A program made the translations under genes and the position numbers. A stretch of 64,000 nt of DNA from a virus, in IMG/VR virus record IMGVR_UViG_3300028045_000008, positions 50,372 to 114,371 of that record; one strand, 5' to 3'. Each line of letters opens with the position of its first letter. Positions within the stretch are counted from its first letter, which is position 1. Shown here piece by piece: positions 58,082 through 64,000 of this stretch. A model generated the notes under the pieces. It did not search any database. It was not told where the DNA came from and worked only from the letters and a program-made list of their open reading frames with translations.

Positions 58082-58339
58082 GTGAAGAAATACCACCCAG
58101 GCCAAATTGTACGATATGAAAGAACGGGAGCTATATATTTGCTAATGGAGGAGATAGAAATATCAATGCTTTCGCCTCATTTTTTCAAAGGGACAGGCCA
58201 GGGATTTAGGGCCCTCATCCTTTATGCTGGTCGCAGTTGGTCAAAGGGTGGCACCGAGATAGAGATTTTTATATTGCGAAAGTCGGCATATTACGAGGTT
58301 TTATCGGACGTCCCCAGCGCCGCCGCCGACCCCAGATAG
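58082..58339 (+). CDS. Small SH3-like protein (array member)
   Basis: YHPGQIVRY..IYLL. Confidence 0.7.
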   Translation: MKKYHPGQIVRYERTGAIYLLMEEIEISMLSPHFFKGTGQGFRALILYAGRSWSKGGTEIEIFILRKSAYYEVLSDVPSAAADPR

Positions 58340-58402
58340 TTGGTGATTAGCGCGCCTAGCGCGATTTTTTTTCGCTAAATTTTTTTTCAATAGGATTACA
58401 TT

Positions 58403-58660
58403 ATGAAGTTTAAACCAGGCAATATCTTGGAACACTGCCCCACTAAGACAAGATGGATTGTATTATCCGCAGAGAATATCGAGAAAAGAACAGGAATAAA
58501 CAGCGCTTACAAGCTAGAGGTAGAAGCATTTTGTGTTTATGTAGGGGAGCATGATAGGGCAAACAGATATTGGGATGTTAATCAGCGTGACATCTTTGTT
58601 TTGACGCAGCAAGATTTAAACCCGAGTGATATAGTGTGGGAGGTCAAGAATGAAATTTAA
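58403..58660 (+). CDS. Small SH3-like protein (array member)
   Basis: MKFKPGNILEH...WIVL. Confidence 0.7.
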   Translation: MKFKPGNILEHCPTKTRWIVLSAENIEKRTGINSAYKLEVEAFCVYVGEHDRANRYWDVNQRDIFVLTQQDLNPSDIVWEVKNEI

Positions 58661-58841
58661 ACCAGGACAATTAGTTAGGAAGAAGGCCAGAAAAGGAGAT
58701 CCCGACGCAATTTATTATGTGCTTGATGCGAGTTATCCCAAAATGCTGATTCATTGTGTGGAATCACTCTTCGATTTTATGCAGGGGAAAAGCTATGAAG
58801 TCGGGGTAGGTGAATGTGAGTTAATAACGGATTACCGATGA
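58650..58841 (+). CDS. Small SH3-like protein (array member)
   Basis: MKFKPGQLVRK. Confidence 0.7.
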   Translation: MKFKPGQLVRKKARKGDPDAIYYVLDASYPKMLIHCVESLFDFMQGKSYEVGVGECELITDYR

Positions 58842-59074
58842 GGTTGAAGTCAGTCAGAATTAAAGCAGGCGATATCGTAACGCTAGATTATGCGCGTGAA
58901 AGTCCGAAAGGAGAGGCACCACTATTCATAGCGCTAGAAAATCCGACGTCGATACATTATTCAATGAATGTCTATTGCTTCTATAGCCCAGGGGGTATAC
59001 AGCATACCGCTTGGCTTCATGCAACTTTCGACATATCCCAAAGCAGGTTAATAAAGTTCAATTATACAGGATGA
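58838..59074 (+). CDS. Small SH3-like protein (array member)
   Basis: IKAGDIVTL. Confidence 0.65.
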   Translation: MRLKSVRIKAGDIVTLDYARESPKGEAPLFIALENPTSIHYSMNVYCFYSPGGIQHTAWLHATFDISQSRLIKFNYTG

Positions 59075-59089
59075 ACCCCTACTTAGGAT

Positions 59090-59359
59090 GTGAGAGAATT
59101 CTTACCAGGTGATTTAGTAGTAGAAACCATGGATAACCGAGTGTTGGCCTATTACATAATATTAACCAGGCATTATTTAGATGGAAACAGGGACAGCTTA
59201 ATCTTGGGATATTATTCACTAATCGTTTATAGTACGGGTCACGCGTTGCCAACTCACTCGCCAGGTTCGAATTGGTTCATCAAGCATTCTGATTTACAAA
59301 AGTCAAATTTTCGCTTGTTAGTTGGCGCCAGGATAGAAGACCTAGAAACCATGGAATAA
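59090..59359 (+). CDS. Small SH3-like protein (array member)
   Basis: FLPGDLVVE..YIIL. Confidence 0.7.
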   Translation: MREFLPGDLVVETMDNRVLAYYIILTRHYLDGNRDSLILGYYSLIVYSTGHALPTHSPGSNWFIKHSDLQKSNFRLLVGARIEDLETME

Positions 59360-59361
59360 GC

Positions 59362-59715
59362 ATGAAAACTAAGAAAGAGTGTTCAAACGTGAGAGCTTTG
59401 AGAGAATCCATCTGCCCAGGTGATATCCTAGTTGAAAAGTCATTTGTCAAAGAATCCGGTGATAGAGATGTAGTAAGCATATTCCTAGTATTAAACAGGC
59501 ATATGGAGAGGGATGGCTTGGGCCTTGATAGTTTCACGAGGACAATTTATTATAAAACATTCCTATTATACGTTGAACCTAATGATTGGGCAGATGTCGA
59601 CTTTAGAGTTAACTCCACATATTATCTATCAGAGCATGAAATCACAGATCACCACATGTGGGAAAAACTGTTTGAATCTGACTTGTCATGGAAAGATAGT
59701 TATCCGAGGACATAA
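59362..59715 (+). CDS. Small SH3-like protein (array member)
   Basis: CPGDILVE; WEKLFESDLSW. Confidence 0.7.
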   Translation: MKTKKECSNVRALRESICPGDILVEKSFVKESGDRDVVSIFLVLNRHMERDGLGLDSFTRTIYYKTFLLYVEPNDWADVDFRVNSTYYLSEHEITDHHMWEKLFESDLSWKDSYPRT

Positions 59716-59723
59716 AAGATAAT

Positions 59724-60026
59724 ATGTTAGAGTTATTTCCAGGTGATTTAATAAGTGAGAAAGAGAACAATCAAGAGATCGCTCGCTATCTAGTAATAAG
59801 CAGAGTTATCCAGAATCAAAATGCACAGTATTGTACCTTCGATTATGTAGAGTATAACTGCATTATCACGTACTTCAATGGAAAGGTATATCATCGCCCC
59901 GAAAAGGTAGGAACATGGTGGATAATCGACACAATCAATTTGAACAGCAACAGGGAGGATTGGGAAGTGGTGGTAAGAAGCGGACTATCATGGAGTGACG
60001 AGTATGAAAAAGAAAATAGAGCTTAA
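59724..60026 (+). CDS. Small SH3-like protein (array member)
   Basis: FPGDLISE; WEVVVRSGLSW. Confidence 0.7.
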   Translation: MLELFPGDLISEKENNQEIARYLVISRVIQNQNAQYCTFDYVEYNCIITYFNGKVYHRPEKVGTWWIIDTINLNSNREDWEVVVRSGLSWSDEYEKENRA

Positions 60027-60360
60027 ACCTGACAAATCAGACCGCTTCTTGGAGCCAGCCCCTGGAGATATCATAAGGGAATACTACTATACCGAGACAT
60101 GGCCTAAAAAAGAGATTGAAATAGGACAATGGTTAGTATTAGGAAGAAGACATGTAATAAATGAAGAATTATTTCAATCAATAGGAAGAGCGAGATTATA
60201 CTACTGCCTCGTTATAAAGGTTAATACTGACATATCGTGGGTTAACTCAAGAGTAGGACAAACCAGAGGAATCATCTCTCAAAAGTTTAATTCTAATAAA
60301 TGGGAAGTAGTGGTAGAAAGTGGGTTATCGTGGGAAGAAGATAAGTATGACATTGAGTAG
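60004..60360 (+). CDS. Small SH3-like protein (array member)
   Basis: APGDIIRE; WEVVVESGLSW. Confidence 0.7.
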   Translation: MKKKIELKPDKSDRFLEPAPGDIIREYYYTETWPKKEIEIGQWLVLGRRHVINEELFQSIGRARLYYCLVIKVNTDISWVNSRVGQTRGIISQKFNSNKWEVVVESGLSWEEDKYDIE

Positions 60361-60605
60361 ATCTAAACACGGGAATTAAAGAATCACAATAGGTATGGAG
60401 GAAATAGGGGAATCACGGTGTCGATATAGTACGTTGTAACTAGAATGTCAAGCGCCATTGTTGTAAAGATTCTGTCAATTCTTCATATATTTACTTGACA
60501 AACATAAACACGCTTATATACCCCTTTATCGCAATCACACTGCCAATATCACGTGATTAATCATATGTCACTATCAAACACACTAATCGCGTGTCAAGTA
60601 TTTAA

Positions 60606-60673
60606 TTGTCAAAAGAATGTCAAGCAAGATATACTAGATTCCCCTTGACTTATCCCCTGCTTTATGATATATT
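60606..60673 (+). promoter_or_regulatory. Inverted tandem box plus sigma70-type promoter
   Basis: TTGTCAAAAGAATGTCAAG (reverse complement of the repeat), then TTGACT 60645-17-TATATT 60668. Confidence 0.7.
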
Positions 60674-60689
60674 AGTATTATAGGAGAGA

Positions 60690-60830
60690 ATGATGGAAGC
60701 ACTATTACGCAATATACTCCTGCTCTTTGGAGTATTGTTCATAATCGACTTTGTAACTGAGTATCCTCAGACCTTTGATAATGTCGGTGAAACCGTTGAT
60801 AACATTAAAGCCAAATTAGGCACTAAGTAA
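60690..60830 (+). CDS. 46-aa single-TM peptide (not in ORF track)
   Basis: RBS AGGAG; MMEALLRNILLLFGVLFIIDFV... Confidence 0.6.
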   Translation: MMEALLRNILLLFGVLFIIDFVTEYPQTFDNVGETVDNIKAKLGTK

Positions 60831-60840
60831 GGAGAGAATC

Positions 60841-60927
60841 ATGACAGCACGATTACCAGAGATTATTATTACGATATCGTTCGCTTATCTGACAGCATTC
60901 GCATTGTATGCTTTCATACTAGCTTAA
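60841..60927 (+). CDS. 28-aa hydrophobic peptide (not in ORF track)
   Basis: RBS AAGGAG; MTARLPEIIITISFAYLTAFALYAFILA. Confidence 0.55.
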   Translation: MTARLPEIIITISFAYLTAFALYAFILA

Positions 60928-61034
60928 TCTAAAAACACGTCATTCGCACCGATTTGACAGAAAAGTGATGGAGAGCCTATAAATAAATTATAATTATCCT
61001 CAGCCATATAGGGGGTTGCAAGTAGTATGTCGTC

Positions 61035-61090
61035 CTTGACATTTCTTTGACATTCATTATGTGTACTTCGGGCCCAATTCGCGGTATAAT
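61035..61090 (+). promoter_or_regulatory. Composite promoter repeat 9
   Basis: TTGACA 61036, 61047; -35 TGTACT 61062; TATAAT 61085. Confidence 0.75.
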
Positions 61091-61114
61091 ATGATTACAA
61101 AGAGGGGAGAACAC

Positions 61115-61306
61115 ATGAATAAAAAACGCCGTTCATATCGACCACGCAAGCCAGCGCGCCCGCCTTGGATTGTCTGTTGGATTCATAACACAACAGGATT
61201 CGCAGATGCATCAACTGTATATGCGAAAGACGAGGAACAAGCTAAGTTATTGGCGTCTAACGGTTACACTTCAAACATCACAATTACCGGCGTTTATCGC
61301 GCTTAA
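61115..61306 (+). CDS. Small basic protein
   Basis: RBS GAGGGGAG; MNKKRRSYRPRKPARP. Confidence 0.65.
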   Translation: MNKKRRSYRPRKPARPPWIVCWIHNTTGFADASTVYAKDEEQAKLLASNGYTSNITITGVYRA

Positions 61307-61328
61307 TCACCCAGCAGAGGATAATAAT

Positions 61329-61736
61329 ATGAAAGATATCAGATTAATGATTGCAGAAAAAATGGAAGACATGCTTGACGAGCTTTTGGTCGATGTCGCC
61401 GATGAGCTTGGTTTGGATGACGTCGATTTAGATTGGGACGTTCGGCAAGCTTTGGACGCCAATTGTCAAGATAAATGGGGTACTATGGCCGACAATATTG
61501 CAGAAGCAACCGAGAATCACGTCCAGGAGTGTGCTGCAGCAGAATCGAATCGCATGCTTGAAGAGTGGAAAACTTGGTGCTTGCCCATTATCAAGGAAGA
61601 ATGCGAACAAGATGGCCATATCGATGGTCCCGCTCGCCGTGAGGATTGGTGCAATTTTCTTGATGCCAAGTCGAAGAACGGCGAACTATCTCAGTTTCTC
61701 GTTGATATCATTGATGCTGACGTTGAGGCTGTATAA
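61329..61736 (+). CDS. Acidic hypothetical protein
   Basis: RBS GAGGA; D/E-rich; REDWCNFLD...GELS. Confidence 0.7.
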   Translation: MKDIRLMIAEKMEDMLDELLVDVADELGLDDVDLDWDVRQALDANCQDKWGTMADNIAEATENHVQECAAAESNRMLEEWKTWCLPIIKEECEQDGHIDGPARREDWCNFLDAKSKNGELSQFLVDIIDADVEAV

Positions 61737-61828
61737 TGAACGACTCAATATTGGACTTCCTTGGCCTATTATCAATCTTCGCAACTTGCTATTTCCTGTT
61801 AATCGCTTCACAACTCATCGGAGCTTAA
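61736..61828 (+). CDS. 30-aa hydrophobic peptide (not in ORF track)
   Basis: TAATG coupling; MNDSILDFLGLLSIFATCYFLLIASQLIGA. Confidence 0.5.
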   Translation: MNDSILDFLGLLSIFATCYFLLIASQLIGA

Positions 61829-61831
61829 AAA

Positions 61832-62101
61832 ATGTTTGACCCACACGCTATCGGACCTTTCGCCGAGTCCCAAACCAAGGCTTTGAACTTCATTACGAGC
61901 CTTATCGTTAATACTGCAGTCACTGAAACTCTCAAAGTTATGGATGATATGCAGTTGGAAGGTAAACAATTGCTTAAAGAACTCCGAAGTTCCGAGGGCA
62001 ATAAAAAAGAAGAAGTAAAAGCAGCTTTGAAACTGCATATTAAAGACTCTAAACTCTTGCTTGAAACCATTATGATGAACCCAATCGAAAAGGATGCTTA
62101 A
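61832..62101 (+). CDS. Hypothetical protein
   Basis: RBS GGAG, 89 aa. Confidence 0.65.
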   Translation: MFDPHAIGPFAESQTKALNFITSLIVNTAVTETLKVMDDMQLEGKQLLKELRSSEGNKKEEVKAALKLHIKDSKLLLETIMMNPIEKDA

Positions 62102-62104
62102 ACC

Positions 62105-62374
62105 ATGCGTATTGTAAACTATAAATCAAATCAAACTATCGTTCACACTGACACCTACACCGCTCTTTTGAGCTATGGAGTCCCTCAAGTTGTTGTTTGC
62201 AACCCAGATATGCCCACCCTTGGGAATACCGTGCTTGTGAATAGTAAGAAATACTCAAATACTACTTCAAAGCACCGCAATGCTTATGTGCGTCAGTTGT
62301 GTGATCGCTCATATACTATCATCGAAGCAACCCCTGCAGAGATTCAAGAAGTAACCGGCCTAGAAACCCGATAA
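62105..62374 (+). CDS. Hypothetical phage protein
   Basis: LLSYG..., YSNTTSKHRN motif. Confidence 0.7.
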   Translation: MRIVNYKSNQTIVHTDTYTALLSYGVPQVVVCNPDMPTLGNTVLVNSKKYSNTTSKHRNAYVRQLCDRSYTIIEATPAEIQEVTGLETR

Positions 62375-62385
62375 TGGAGAACACT

Positions 62386-62535
62386 ATGAATATTGAGTTA
62401 ACACCTGAAGAATTGGACGTTCTGCGTCACGCACTCAAAGTCGAGATATCATCCTTTAAAGCTGAACAATTGGATGATCCCGATCTAAAAGCTTTATGCT
62501 CACTCGTACGCAAACTGGAGGCAAATAATGACTAG
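62386..62535 (+). CDS. 49-aa hypothetical protein (not in ORF track)
   Basis: RBS GGAG; MNIELTPEELDVLRHAL. Confidence 0.6.
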   Translation: MNIELTPEELDVLRHALKVEISSFKAEQLDDPDLKALCSLVRKLEANND

Positions 62536-62623
62536 CACCTTTAACACTCTATTGGGCGCGGCAATCGTCGACGCTCTATGTTGGATCAGTGTATTCTATA
62601 TTGGGTGGAGGTTATTAAGCTGA
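62528..62623 (+). CDS. 31-aa hydrophobic peptide (not in ORF track)
   Basis: RBS GGAGG; MTSTFNTLLGAAIVDALCWISVFYIGWRLLS. Confidence 0.55.
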   Translation: MTSTFNTLLGAAIVDALCWISVFYIGWRLLS

Positions 62624-62656
62624 GGCCCTAACAAATAAATAAACATATATCAGATT

Positions 62657-62684
62657 AAGCCAGGTAACCCCTGGCTTTTCTTTT
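62657..62684 (+). terminator. Intrinsic terminator ending the small-gene region
   Basis: AAGCCAGG/CCTGGCTT stem, then TTCTTTT. Confidence 0.8.
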
Positions 62685-62935
62685 GTCAAGGATTATTATC
62701 AGGCTTTACATTCTCTTGACAACTAAATGCTTGACACCCTATAGAGCAGTAACAAACTTATATAATACGAATTGACACAAAGTTTACATATGTCATAGTA
62801 ATAAAAGAGTTTACAAGTATTTGACATATCACAATAACAAAGGAACAAACTGATTTGTCACAGCAAGCAAACGATTTGTCAGGATAAAGCACGCTAATGA
62901 GGGGTACCCCCCCTCCCCCCTCACTCCCCGGAAAG
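62684..62935. repeat. Cluster of TT(G/T)ACA tandem boxes followed by a C-rich tract
   Basis: 11-bp-spaced pairs at 62705/62716, 62772/62783, 62810/62821; GATTTGTCA x2; GGGGTACCCCCCCTCCCCCCTCACTCCCC. Confidence 0.75.
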
Positions 62936-63075
62936 TAGCCTCTAACCTGGGATATGGGCCGATCGCGGCCTGCTACATCCGTGAGATACACCCAGAAAAT
63001 TTCCCAGAATTAATTTGACAGATTTTTAAAAAAATAGAAACTAATTACAGGAGTAGAAAACAGGATACTGAAATC

Positions 63076-64000
63076 ATGAAAACCAAACTAACAGTAACAA
63101 TCAGAGAGAATAAGGGTAAAGAACCGCAGCGAGTCGACGAGTTGTGGGGCAACGTCCTTCATTCCTATAAATGGCTCGGACCTCTCCATGACATATTAAA
63201 TATGACGGATCCGGAAGATAAGGGGCTGTTCACAGGGCTCTTGGAGTGGTATCAAAACAACGAGACAACCCAGACGTTGGGTAACATGGTGGCCAGCTTT
63301 GAAAAACAGATGAATGACGCGTGGGATAGCGGGGCCACTGGGAAGACGATGGCCACTATTGTCCAGGGCATTCTATCCGGCGGCGATGTTGTTACTAGCC
63401 ATCTATCCACAGGAGTTGGGTATATACTCCGCAAGCAGCGGGATGAAATGGTAGAGGAGAAGCTTGCTATAGCAGAAAAGGCTGCTGCTGATATCCAAGC
63501 TGCAAAGGAAAAAGCCGAAAAAGAATCACAAGGAGCTATAGCAATCGCTAAAGTTCCGGAGCTTGAGGCGATTATCAATCAGCTAAAGGCAGATCTCAGG
63601 CAAAAGGATATTGAGAGGGCAAAACAATTGTTTGCCGCGTCCGAAGATTTAAAAGAAAAAACAAAATTACTGCCGCCGAGCCAATTGACCCGCGGCAGTC
63701 AGGAAAAGATGTATACTTCATCACTTAACGAGGACAAAAAAATGACCAAAAAATATTCAAGCTTTAAACAGCAACAAACGATAACAGAGAACTTCCGGAG
63801 ATTCATAAATGAGACATTAAGTGAAGAAGAGACGGCGCCGGGGTTAATGGATATTGCACCAGATCAACGAGCCTTTTGGATTTTTGATATGTGGATTCCG
63901 AAATCAGTCGAAGAGATGCAAAGGATCGTGGAAAGGCGCGCGCGTGGGGCAAGATTCCGTGGTACCACGGATACGCTGCCCGATGTCATACGCTCGGATT
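63076..64000 (+). CDS. Hypothetical protein, 3'-truncated by window (not in ORF track)
   Basis: Open from ATG 63076 (MKTKLTVTIRENK) to window end; preceded by ACTAATTA at 63040. Confidence 0.75.
   Translation, partial: MKTKLTVTIRENKGKEPQRVDELWGNVLHSYKWLGPLHDILNMTDPEDKGLFTGLLEWYQNNETTQTLGNMVASFEKQMNDAWDSGATGKTMATIVQGILSGGDVVTSHLSTGVGYILRKQRDEMVEEKLAIAEKAAADIQAAKEKAEKESQGAIAIAKVPELEAIINQLKADLRQKDIERAKQLFAASEDLKEKTKLLPPSQLTRGSQEKMYTSSLNEDKKMTKKYSSFKQQQTITENFRRFINETLSEEETAPGLMDIAPDQRAFWIFDMWIPKSVEEMQRIVERRARGARFRGTTDTLPDVIRSD

Noticed and set aside
56934-60360. Diversity-generating retroelement behind the small-protein array
   Set aside because: No reverse transcriptase in the window and no template/variable repeat pair differing only at adenines.
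49981-61090. Repeats as a CRISPR array or integron attC sites
   Set aside because: Spacing is 0.4-4 kb with genes between, the repeats are non-palindromic promoter elements, and no cas or integrase gene is visible.
62684-62890. DnaA-box origin
   Set aside because: The boxes are TT(G/T)ACA tandem pairs, not TTATNCACA.
1-64000. Stop-codon reassignment
   Set aside because: Long conserved genes are intact in code 11, and TAG, TGA and TAA all end genes at natural junctions.
1-64000. Minus-strand and alternate-frame ORFs in the track (e.g. 1512-1985, 24300-24950, 55778-56236, 63252-63578)
   Set aside because: They shadow well-supported + strand genes or repeats and have no RBS or motifs.

Overview
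A 64-kb piece of a large tailed dsDNA phage, probably a myovirus. Essentially all real genes are on the + strand and use the standard code. Order: (1) 1-8.5 kb, tail/baseplate genes (tape measure, tube-initiator-like, LysM wedge, hub-like); (2) 8.5-32.7 kb, replication and nucleotide metabolism (short family-A polymerase, tubulin/FtsZ-like protein, gp32-like SSB, FKBP, RecA, 5'-3' exonuclease, DnaB, class II RNR, GroES, DnaE, PurA, MunI-like nuclease plus Dam-type MTase, dUTPase, GuaB/GuaC-like); (3) 32.8-49 kb, mixed late and accessory genes (ClpP, GroEL, vWA and protease lipoproteins, PMM, nucleotidyltransferase); (4) 49-62.7 kb, a presumed early region of short ORFs organised as cassettes behind nine copies of a composite promoter (TTGACA-N5-TTGACA tandem box, then -35, then TATAAT). 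That region holds a tRNA-Ile(UAU), a circularly permuted anticodon-less tRNA-like RNA with its own promoter, an acidic peptide ending in the SSB tail DDDIPF, a MoxR/vWA pair and an array of about 20 divergent small SH3-like proteins; (5) a box-rich non-coding locus with a C-tract at 62.7-63 kb, then a truncated gene. A second motif, CTANTTA, precedes putative late genes. All calls come from reading motifs by eye; no database searches were run.
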